Shown here piece after piece: positions 50,027 to 57,739 of a DNA stretch of 64,000 nt. Where the stretch lies: positions 24,615 through 88,614 of the IMG/VR virus record IMGVR_UViG_3300021437_000012; one strand, given 5' to 3'. Source of the stretch: a virus. The notes beneath the pieces are model-generated. The model ran no database searches and was not told the DNA's origin. It worked only from the letters and a program-made list of their open reading frames with translations. The translations under genes and the position numbers were made by a program. Positions within the stretch are counted from its first letter, which is position 1. Every line of letters starts with the position of its first letter.

Positions 50027-50110
50027 TGCCGAGGGCGGGAGTCGAACCCGCATGAAGTTACCTTCGACGGATTTTAAGTCCGTTGCCTCTACCAATTGGG
50101 CTACCTCGGC
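50027..50110 (-). tRNA. tRNA-Leu(UAA)
   Basis: GCCGAGG acceptor, ACGGA-CTTAAAA-TCCGT anticodon arm, long variable arm, GGTTCGACTCC; CCA not encoded. Confidence 0.92.
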
Positions 50111-50118
50111 TGTACTAT

Positions 50119-50352
50119 TTACTTAGAATAAGGTACGAAGTTGAAATACACACGCGGAGAATGTGTGAATTCCAGCGAACCCTTCACACCGTCACTCTTC
50201 CGCACAACAACCACAAAAGGTGCTGCGAACCCTATAAAATCGAACTCTGCTGTTGCTTGGTCAGTAGTCCATTTTTGTTGCGCAGATTCCATGTCACGCT
50301 GCGGTTTTCCGGTTTCGATCATGTTCTTACGGATCTTTTCAGTTATGTCCAT
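50119..50352 (-). CDS. Hypothetical protein
   Basis: GGGGAGAAAC RBS directly after ribozyme; GF.APFVVV.RKSDGVKGSLEF.H.PR.YF. Confidence 0.7.
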   Translation of the reverse strand: MDITEKIRKNMIETGKPQRDMESAQQKWTTDQATAEFDFIGFAAPFVVVVRKSDGVKGSLEFTHSPRVYFNFVPYSK

Positions 50353-50368
50353 TTGTTTCTCCCCTTTG

Positions 50369-50439
50369 TAGCCTGTCTCTTCAGTGCGAGTAGGCCATTT
50401 CTCGCAGACGGCCGCTAAACTACAGCGGCCCGTTTCGAC
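50369..50439 (-). ncRNA. Type II hammerhead ribozyme 1
   Basis: GUC-GAAAC-[stem III GGCCGCU/AGCGGCC]-GUC^-[stem I UGCGAG/CUCGCA]-CUGAAGA-GAC; loop I UGGCCU pairs with the AGGCUA tail. Confidence 0.9.
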
Positions 50440-50441
50440 TG

Positions 50442-51167
50442 TTACGATGTTCCGATTCTCTTAGGTCCCATGCCTAAACTCCGCGATGCACCACCTAATC
50501 TGATTTTATCCGCAGCTTCCGCACCAGCACTGAATGCTGCCGAATGGCGCAATGCGCGCCCTTTCATAGACCGCAAACCTAACTTACTGGCAAGATCATC
50601 GACTAACTGAGATTGTTTGTCGATTCTCATCAAAGCGCCTTGAGACGCTTGCAAGTCGTTCAACGCTTGTGCGCGAACTTCACGCAACCGATCTTTCAAC
50701 TTTATCGCGGCGCCCACCCGGAAGCTATTCTTCCACGATTTGGCTTGTCCCGGGCCTGAGAACACACCTTGCATGATGTAGTTTTCTTCGGCAAGGCGAT
50801 TAACAGCGTTTATGAGGTATTCATGAGTGTACTTTATCGCGTCCAACTTTGACTGTACTGCGATAACGCGGTAAAGCGTGGTCCCATAGCCTACCGACAT
50901 ATAAGCGCGGCAGCCGAAACTTACGGCGACGCCATCAAGAATATGCGCTTGCCAACCGATTCTGTTCTTCGACTGATTTAGCACGAAGTCATCCGGCGTC
51001 TCAAGTGTAACGTCACCAGACTCGATTGCGATATCCGCTTCGGATACCTCATGTTCGGCCATCAATGACGCTGCTTTCGCCGCCGCTCTTGCTGCCTCAT
51101 GCTCGTTAGGCGAAGATGAAAGGCGAAGAAGTTTGCGGATTTTGTCTAGTATTTTTTCTTTTTCCAT
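50442..51167 (-). CDS. DUF2786-domain protein
   Basis: KILDKIRKLL.LS.SPNEHEA..A..KA..LM. Confidence 0.8.
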   Translation of the reverse strand: MEKEKILDKIRKLLRLSSSPNEHEAARAAAKAASLMAEHEVSEADIAIESGDVTLETPDDFVLNQSKNRIGWQAHILDGVAVSFGCRAYMSVGYGTTLYRVIAVQSKLDAIKYTHEYLINAVNRLAEENYIMQGVFSGPGQAKSWKNSFRVGAAIKLKDRLREVRAQALNDLQASQGALMRIDKQSQLVDDLASKLGLRSMKGRALRHSAAFSAGAEAADKIRLGGASRSLGMGPKRIGTS

Positions 51168-51184
51168 TTATTGTTTCTCCCTTG

Positions 51185-51254
51185 TAGCCTATCTCATCAG
51201 CGCAAGTGGGCTAATTCTTGCGGACGCGATACCGTTAGGGTACCGCGTTTCGAT
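51185..51254 (-). ncRNA. Type II hammerhead ribozyme 2
   Basis: AUC-GAAAC-[GCGGUAC/GUAUCGC]-GUC^-[CGCAAG/CUUGCG]-CUGAUGA-GAU; UAGCC/GGCUA pseudoknot. Confidence 0.92.
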
Positions 51255-52685
51255 TCACTTGACGAGCGATAACTCTTCTATCGCCCGTGTGATTCCGACG
51301 TAATGAATATTTTGTTCTTCGAGCGTCTTTCTTCCTCCGGGGTACAAAGTCCCCTCAAGTAAGAACACCCGGCGAGCCTCAAGCCCCTTAGCCTTGTGGA
51401 CCGTCGAGCATGTTACTTGATTTTCACGTGTGCCGTCGTCTGAGAAAAGACTGTCAAGTACACGTTGAAGTTCTGTCAGAGTGACAATCCCTTCAGCGAG
51501 CACTCTCAGCGTTTCGGCGCGATCTGCGATTTCTACTGCCTTACTATCTTTCTTCGCATTCCGAGCACGGCCGACTTCAATCAATTCCCACTCATGTAAC
51601 TTCTCTAGGAATTGACTTACATCGCCGCCGTTACCAAGTTTGCGAACAAGTGCTGTAAGGCCCTTTCCGATGTCTCGCCCTTCAACCGTTGCGCGCGTTC
51701 CGTTTCGCAAGAGTGATAAACACGTCTTAACGAGCGGAGCGTTTACACGACTAAGAACGAAGTCACCGGGCGCAGCAGTTACGGCTAACTTGTCATAGGC
51801 AAGATCGGTTATCAATCCATCCGGCGCAGTGTCGGCGCATTGATAATCGGGCACGAGTGTCTGAGCAAGTTCCACGATTTTCTTAGGGCAGCGATACGTT
51901 ACTGTTAGAGGAAGCTCAACAGCATTGTATTCCGCCTTAAGTCTATCAAGTGACTCTGAATCCGCGCCGCGGAAGCGATAAATACCTTGACGGTCGTCAC
52001 CCACCACTGCGATCCTACCGTTAGGCGCCAACACTTGTTGAGCAAGTAGGATTTGCGCGGGATTCATATCTTGACACTCATCTATGACAACCAACGGGTA
52101 TTTACCTGCCACCCATTCGTTAACAAGTGGCAAGTAACACATATCCTGAAATGAGACAACCTGAGCGCGCCGCCGCGCAAGTCTCATTGCATTGAATGCG
52201 TACTCTGCGATCTGCTCGACAGTGTACTTATTCGTTGCAGGCACACAATCAAAATCGTCCGCGATTTCAATTAGTGCTTCAGAACTGTCAGCCAAGGGCA
52301 TAATCTGCTTACCCAAGTCTGACAACTTAGATACTAACGAAATGATCGTGTCAGGTGTCCCCGCCGGACAACTTTCTTCAGCTAGTACCCAAGTCCGCTG
52401 ATCGTCCACGCCTACCCCGCGCCAATTCGACCGTATGATCGAATAACCTACGGAGTGAAGCGTTTTTGCCTCCGCACGCGGATTCTTCAGCTTACGCTGC
52501 AATTCTGTTGCGATTTTCTTATTGAATGCCGCAAGTAGAATTGATGATTCTGGTGCGAATTCAAGCCCATGCAAGATAGTCGTCGTCTTGCCAGTTCCCG
52601 CGCGTGCTCGGACAACCAAATTGCCTCCGCCTACACGGAACCAATCGAAGATCGCTTCTTGCTGTGGACTCCATTTTATTGTCAT
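51255..52685 (-). CDS. UvrD/Rep-like SF1 helicase
   Basis: ARAGTGKT, IDECQD, VGDDRQGIYRFRGA, TYRC, STVHKAKGLE, YVGITRA. Confidence 0.92.
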   Translation of the reverse strand: MTIKWSPQQEAIFDWFRVGGGNLVVRARAGTGKTTTILHGLEFAPESSILLAAFNKKIATELQRKLKNPRAEAKTLHSVGYSIIRSNWRGVGVDDQRTWVLAEESCPAGTPDTIISLVSKLSDLGKQIMPLADSSEALIEIADDFDCVPATNKYTVEQIAEYAFNAMRLARRRAQVVSFQDMCYLPLVNEWVAGKYPLVVIDECQDMNPAQILLAQQVLAPNGRIAVVGDDRQGIYRFRGADSESLDRLKAEYNAVELPLTVTYRCPKKIVELAQTLVPDYQCADTAPDGLITDLAYDKLAVTAAPGDFVLSRVNAPLVKTCLSLLRNGTRATVEGRDIGKGLTALVRKLGNGGDVSQFLEKLHEWELIEVGRARNAKKDSKAVEIADRAETLRVLAEGIVTLTELQRVLDSLFSDDGTRENQVTCSTVHKAKGLEARRVFLLEGTLYPGGRKTLEEQNIHYVGITRAIEELSLVK

Positions 52686-52700
52686 TTTTGTTTCTCCCTG

Positions 52701-52770
52701 TAGCCTGTCTCTTCAGCGCAAGTGGGCTAAGTCTTGCGGACGCGATACCCTAACGGTATCGCGTTTCGAC
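52701..52770 (-). ncRNA. Type II hammerhead ribozyme 3
   Basis: GUC-GAAAC-[GCGAUACC/GGUAUCGC]-GUC^-[CGCAAG/CUUGCG]-CUGAAGA-GAC; UAGCC/GGCUA pseudoknot. Confidence 0.92.
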
Positions 52771-52773
52771 TTA

Positions 52774-53031
52774 TTACGAGAAAAAACACACATCGCAAGC
52801 GCAGTGGATTTTATCACCACCCGCCGCGATTGCACGTTGATATAAGCACTCGGCATGCCCATCATGGGGCGGCGCGAATTGTGTGCTGCCATCACGCAAA
52901 AGTTGCATGTAACTTGTGCATTCATCGCACCCGATGTGCTGTACGAAGTCCACGCCGTTGATCTTGTGTTTGTGGATTGTATCCTTTTTTACTTTCGGCT
53001 TTGGTATCTTTTCAACTTCCGCCGTTGTCAT
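52774..53031 (-). CDS. Small Cys/His-rich (Zn-binding) protein
   Basis: GCDEC..PPH..C..HCACDVCF; RBS after ribozyme 4. Confidence 0.7.
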   Translation of the reverse strand: MTTAEVEKIPKPKVKKDTIHKHKINGVDFVQHIGCDECTSYMQLLRDGSTQFAPPHDGHAECLYQRAIAAGGDKIHCACDVCFFS

Positions 53032-53046
53032 TTTTGTTTCTCCCTG

Positions 53047-53116
53047 TAGCCTGTCTCTTCAGCGCAAGTGGGCTAGTTCTTGCGGACGCGATACCCTAAG
53101 AGTATCGCGTTTCGAC
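53047..53116 (-). ncRNA. Type II hammerhead ribozyme 4
   Basis: GUC-GAAAC-[GCGAUAC/GUAUCGC]-GUC^-[CGCAAG/CUUGCG]-CUGAAGA-GAC; UAGCC/GGCUA pseudoknot. Confidence 0.92.
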
Positions 53117-53148
53117 TTGCGGGGTTTAGTCACTTCACCCCGCTTAAG

Positions 53149-53532
53149 TTACTTCTCTGACTTCTTGACTTTCTTCGCCTTGGGCTCCGCACCCTCAGCC
53201 TTCGGCTCGCGCTTCTTGCGCGGACGCGGCGAATGGTAGAACAGCACCCAATCCGATTTCCCCGTGGATTCACCCGTCTCGGGGTCGAAGATTTCGCCGA
53301 AGTTCACCATCAGCGACTTCTCTTCGGTATCGAAGAGGGTTTTGTTCGCGCGAAGGATCGGGAGCAGCGCCTTGCGGGCTTCCTCCTGGAATACGTTGAT
53401 CACGCCGCGCTTGGCTTCCATCTCGGCGTTGAATGCCTGCTTTTCCTGCTTACGCAAGATGTTTTCGATGAACTTCTCATCGAAGCCGGCCGCCTTGAGG
53501 GTTTCCAGAACCTTGTTCTTGTCGATAGCCAT
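53149..53532 (-). CDS. First early protein, with Lys-rich C-terminal tail
   Basis: GGGGAGAAAC RBS; strong G/C third-position codon bias. Confidence 0.7.
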   Translation of the reverse strand: MAIDKNKVLETLKAAGFDEKFIENILRKQEKQAFNAEMEAKRGVINVFQEEARKALLPILRANKTLFDTEEKSLMVNFGEIFDPETGESTGKSDWVLFYHSPRPRKKREPKAEGAEPKAKKVKKSEK

Positions 53533-54303
53533 TGTGTTTCTCCCCACAATGCACGCGGAGATTATCACCGCGCGTCGCCCATTTTCCCAACGGGACGATC
53601 AACCCTTTCTAACTTCCGCATTTGGTTTTAGGTGACGGTTAACGCGGGTAGATACCCCGACCGTGACACTCTACGTTAGAAAGGGTTGACCGTCCCGCGA
53701 TTCACACATGCGACCCTTGGGAGAAAGGTGTCCTCGCCGCACAATGGAATCACGGTTAAATGACGGTTTTGTTTAGTTGTCAAAAGACTCTTTCGAGTCC
53801 TACAAACCCCGATTAACGGTATCTATCGATCCTTCGGCCATCCCTCACGGTCAGCCGATTTCATATCCAACTTCCGGCCTCGTTTACTTCTTGAGTTACG
53901 TATCTAATGTCGATCCCCGTAGGGTACTCTCATCCTGATACGTATCCGGGTCTATCGTTGGATTACGGATCTCCCTTGTCCCGTGTTACTGTCGGGGTGT
54001 TTGATGAGCGAGTAGACTATACTCGCTCATCTTACTGGGAATCCCTGATACCCCTGTCCGCGTATCTCGTCTAGTCCTCGTGTCCACTTGGGAGAAGTGA
54101 TTTTTCCGGGGGACGTGATACGGGATGAGATTGTCTCATTAGACTCTATTACTAGAGTCCTAGGACCTCCCAGTCACCCGTCGCATCGCACTCTACCACG
54201 TATCAACTTAACTATAGTAGAGGATCCAACACTCAAGAGTGTTGACGCGACTAGGTTATGTTCAAAGAACTAAGGTCAAGGTGTTTGTACACTTCAACCT
54301 TAC
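53533..54303 (-). ncRNA. Long structured leader / candidate large ncRNA
   Basis: No credible ORF; many hairpins including a 23-bp helix (53591-53613 with 53675-53697); promoter at its 5' end. Confidence 0.65.
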
Positions 54304-54309
54304 ATTAAT

Positions 54310-54338
54310 AGTATAATACGAGTCCTATACAATGTCAA
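54310..54338 (-). promoter_or_regulatory. Sigma70 early promoter
   Basis: TTGACA-17 nt-TATACT on the minus strand. Confidence 0.85.
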
Positions 54339-54410
54339 GGGTTTTGGTGTCAATTGGGTACGTATAGATTTTGATCACCTTCCTGTAAAGATATCATAAA
54401 AGTTATGGGT

Positions 54411-54446
54411 GTGTCTAATTAGACACGCGTCCTAAATTAAGGACAC
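54411..54446. promoter_or_regulatory. Paired palindromes (candidate operators)
   Basis: GTGTCTAATTAGACAC (perfect) and GTCCTAAATTAAGGAC. Confidence 0.45.
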
Positions 54447-54453
54447 TTCCCAA

Positions 54454-54660
54454 GGTACGGTCCTAGGACTCACCAGGTTAGGTCTAGTCGCGTTCCCTGG
54501 TACGGTCCTAGGACTCACCAGGTTAGGTCTAGTCGCGTTCCCTGGTACGGTCCTAGGACTCACCAGGTTAGGTCTAGTCGCGTTCCCTGGTACGGTCCTA
54601 GGGACTCACCAGGTTAGGTCTAGTCGCGTTCCCTGGTACGGTCCTAGGGACTCACCAGGT
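54454..54660. repeat. 45/46-bp tandem repeat, about 4.6 copies (candidate origin iterons)
   Basis: GGTACGGTCCTAGGACTCACCAGGTTAGGTCTAGTCGCGTTCCCT at 54454, 54499, 54544, 54589, 54635. Confidence 0.9.
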
Positions 54661-54664
54661 AAGG

Positions 54665-54835
54665 TTATGTACGATCTAACTCTTCTCGCGCTGCCACTAT
54701 GCAACTTTCAATGTGTACTAATTTACGTCGAAGTTCTTTATCATCTAACATAGACACAACTGGCCTGCGTAGTATATAATCAAAATCTTCTTTTGCGTCC
54801 TCTACGTATCGTTGGATCTTATCTGGGTTTTTCAT
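54665..54835 (-). CDS. 56-aa hypothetical protein (below the ORF-track cutoff)
   Basis: MKNPDKIQRY...ELDRT; TAATG coupling to the upstream gene. Confidence 0.45.
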   Translation of the reverse strand: MKNPDKIQRYVEDAKEDFDYILRRPVVSMLDDKELRRKLVHIESCIVAAREELDRT

Positions 54836-55077
54836 TATGCTGCTTCCTCTGAAGTTAAATTCTTCAGTATGTAGTCCCTAATTGCAAGTTGCAGCACTAC
54901 ATGCAAATGCCGACCTTTCTGTTGTGCGAATTCTTTTAACACATCCCTCATTTCAGGTGGAATTGGACCTACATACACCCAAGGCAAATCTTTATCAATA
55001 GGTCCATAATCGACCGCGTTACGTGCTCGCGCACCCAATCTACTAGGCATCTGAGTTTTCGTTTCCATGACTGTCAC
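54835..55077 (-). CDS. Ribbon-helix-helix-like DNA-binding protein
   Basis: IPPEMRDVLKEFAQQKG..L..V..AIRDYI. Confidence 0.55.
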   Translation of the reverse strand: MTVMETKTQMPSRLGARARNAVDYGPIDKDLPWVYVGPIPPEMRDVLKEFAQQKGRHLHVVLQLAIRDYILKNLTSEEAA

Positions 55078-57676
55078 CCCTTATTTCTAGGTTGAATCCT
55101 CCTATGTCAAGACCGGAGAGATTCGCTTTATTTATTGAAATTGCAACCCAACTTCTGCCGAGATACAGTCGTGCAGGATCTGTAACATATCCGTCTCTTT
55201 TGAGATTTTCATAGACCATACTCCTGTAGGCTTGCTGCGTAAGTGGGTCTAGTGCAGAGTCAGTTCTGCGCGACCACTCTCTAAGTCTAGCAACACATAC
55301 CCGCAATCTCAAGAGAATCTCGCTACGGTTGATATCGTACGCCCATTCGCGTCCGCATGTTACAAATCCAGCCTCACTCATAGATGAAATATCTTCTATC
55401 AAAGCATCTAATGCCACTCGCGGACGTGCGCCAACCACTGGAATCATGTCATCTAGCATATCGGCAATGCCTGCATCCACCCATTCATCGGTATACTTAC
55501 TCGCGTGGTGGCCCATCGACATAAAGAAGGAAGTCATTGCAGACCAACCAAATAAAACACACGCTATCGAAGTCACTACACGTCCCGGCGGTTCCATCAA
55601 ACCACGCAACTTTTTACGCGCGATGCCGTCTGCTCGTTTATACGCACCAGTCCAAATTTGGTGCATTTGTGGCTCTATTTCTTGTAGTGTGTACCTTAAG
55701 TACGGATAAAGAAACCCTCTCAATGGTAATGCGTACATCTGAGTAAGGATCTTCTTAGTGCGTGGCTCTGACGGCGGCACATTTACGGGCACCATACGTT
55801 CTCGTGTTGCAGGGTCTTCCGGTCCAGTCTCTCCAACTAAGGCAACTGGCGCAATTAAGCGAAACGAAGTAACTGATAAGTCTGGTCGTCCACGGTCATC
55901 AAAACCACCGTTGTAAATTTCGCGCAATCGCCGCTTATTTAAATCAGTCTCACGATCCCCTGCGCGATACTCATCAAAGGCAATTGGTACGATGGAGTTA
56001 CTTGCGAGTAATCTAAGCAGGACGAACTTAGTGTGTCCAATGGTGTTCATTTCACCACGCCCGTAGTCCCATCCGCTCATACGTAGCAGCACACCAGTTG
56101 TCTCGGATTTACCAGATCCTTGTGTTCCATACACATTAAGGATCGGAAAACCTCCCGACTCTTTTCTAATCTCTTCTGCAAACGGACAAGCTGCAAACCA
56201 TCCCATCATAGGTACTATTACTTTAGGTTGGTGCAAATGAGCTAGTTGATCTGCAACTTGATGTACTAATTCCTTATTAGCTCGTTGACGTAAGTTCAGC
56301 GGAGCAAATCGAAACGACCCGGTAAGCAAATCTTTTTCGTCCAACGGTGCGTACACCCATTCAGATTCCGTTTCTTTTCCATTCGCGGAGTACACGCCAT
56401 CCGGCATAACGTACACTTTTTTTTCTAACTTCTCGTCATAAACCATCCCAGCGTATCGTAGTCCTTTTTTAGCTGGCGTCGGCGTATTCGCAAGGATTGC
56501 ACGTATCACTTGTATGTCACGGTCGGAACCTGTAAACCAATGAGTTTGCTGGGGCAACGCATTTCTAAAATCCCGAGCCGACGCAAATAACCGATTATCA
56601 ATAATCGAAATAGGATGTTCACCTTCAGCAGTTGAATCCCATTCAACTTGCAGTCTCTCAGGAGATCCATCGGGGTCTACAATACGCATAATGGGTTTCA
56701 GTACAAATGAAGATATCGCGGTTGGTTCAGCGTCATCTTTTCCAACTCTGACGTATTTTTTTGTAAGGTCGTCGATGATTAAATCGAATCCTTCACCTAC
56801 AGGTTTCAGCAAAGGTGCGCTAACTAACTTCTGTAGATCTTCGGTATTCCCACCCGAAATGAAAAAATCTGTTATATCAAACCCTTGCTTATTAATCGTA
56901 GGCCATCGTAAAACGCGGACTTCCGTTACATGAGCAACAAGACTACGCCCGACTTTGAACGCACCTTTTTTCCCAGGTTCATCATTGTCATACGCAATCA
57001 CTACCGACTTGCCTTGAAACAACAAACTCCATTCATCTTTCCAAGTTCCGGCACCACCTGTGTTTGTAACTGCATTTAGGCCGTGGGACAACGCACACAG
57101 AGTATCGGACTCACCTTCGCATAGGTAAAGTGGAGTACCATCGGATTCTTTGGTTAGCTGTTCTACCGGAAACAGATTCACACCACGTCCTGCGTCAATC
57201 GGCAACATCTTTGGATTTCCACCAGGCAGATACTTCCGCACGTCTATGCACTGCCCACCTTCATTCATTACCGGGATTGTCACTCTAGTATCATTCCAAC
57301 CAATTTTGTACTTAATAAGAATTTCCTTCGACCAGCTTCTAGTCCTACACAGTGCCATCCTTTTTTTCTTATCATTCATGAGTCTCTGATGCCACTGCTC
57401 AATAAGATCCGACGATACGATAGGCTGTGCCTGTGGAGCTTCAGTCCGTTCTTTTTTCGACACCATGCTTTTGAGCTTATTGATATCCCCCGAACCACAT
57501 CCTGCAAAACATTTCCATTTACCTGTTTTTAGATTAAGAGACAGCGAATTTTGTGAATCAGGATGAAGAATACATAACGTCGATACCTGTTCTCTATCTG
57601 CGGGAATTACACGTCCAAGGATAACTGAAAATTCATGAACGTATGACACAGTGCGTCCTTGCGGTGAAGCTTGCAT
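55043..57676 (-). CDS. DNA primase-helicase (Zn finger + TOPRIM + P-loop)
   Basis: C..H.D..WKCFAGC, LCEGESD, YDNDEPG, GTQGSGKS, FDEYR; start at 57676 chosen from GAGGA RBS. Confidence 0.85.
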   Translation of the reverse strand: MQASPQGRTVSYVHEFSVILGRVIPADREQVSTLCILHPDSQNSLSLNLKTGKWKCFAGCGSGDINKLKSMVSKKERTEAPQAQPIVSSDLIEQWHQRLMNDKKKRMALCRTRSWSKEILIKYKIGWNDTRVTIPVMNEGGQCIDVRKYLPGGNPKMLPIDAGRGVNLFPVEQLTKESDGTPLYLCEGESDTLCALSHGLNAVTNTGGAGTWKDEWSLLFQGKSVVIAYDNDEPGKKGAFKVGRSLVAHVTEVRVLRWPTINKQGFDITDFFISGGNTEDLQKLVSAPLLKPVGEGFDLIIDDLTKKYVRVGKDDAEPTAISSFVLKPIMRIVDPDGSPERLQVEWDSTAEGEHPISIIDNRLFASARDFRNALPQQTHWFTGSDRDIQVIRAILANTPTPAKKGLRYAGMVYDEKLEKKVYVMPDGVYSANGKETESEWVYAPLDEKDLLTGSFRFAPLNLRQRANKELVHQVADQLAHLHQPKVIVPMMGWFAACPFAEEIRKESGGFPILNVYGTQGSGKSETTGVLLRMSGWDYGRGEMNTIGHTKFVLLRLLASNSIVPIAFDEYRAGDRETDLNKRRLREIYNGGFDDRGRPDLSVTSFRLIAPVALVGETGPEDPATRERMVPVNVPPSEPRTKKILTQMYALPLRGFLYPYLRYTLQEIEPQMHQIWTGAYKRADGIARKKLRGLMEPPGRVVTSIACVLFGWSAMTSFFMSMGHHASKYTDEWVDAGIADMLDDMIPVVGARPRVALDALIEDISSMSEAGFVTCGREWAYDINRSEILLRLRVCVARLREWSRRTDSALDPLTQQAYRSMVYENLKRDGYVTDPARLYLGRSWVAISINKANLSGLDIGGFNLEIRGDSHGNENSDA

Positions 57677-57739
57677 TGAAGATTCCTCGCCCTGCACTCA
57701 TCTTCACGAAGAGTGCAGGGCGGTCGCAATGTGTTTAAG

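Noticed and set aside
50351-53116. Intergenic repeats as integron attC sites, terminators or REP elements
   Set aside because: No integrase, no attC R-box layout and no U-tracts; the invariant bases are exactly the hammerhead core
53533-54303. Group I/II intron, tmRNA, RNase P RNA or IscB/TnpB guide RNA
   Set aside because: I could not find their conserved core motifs by eye, and there is no interrupted gene or associated nuclease/RT; an Rfam scan is needed to be certain
54454-54660. CRISPR array
   Set aside because: Units are contiguous and near-identical with no unique spacers, and there is no cas operon
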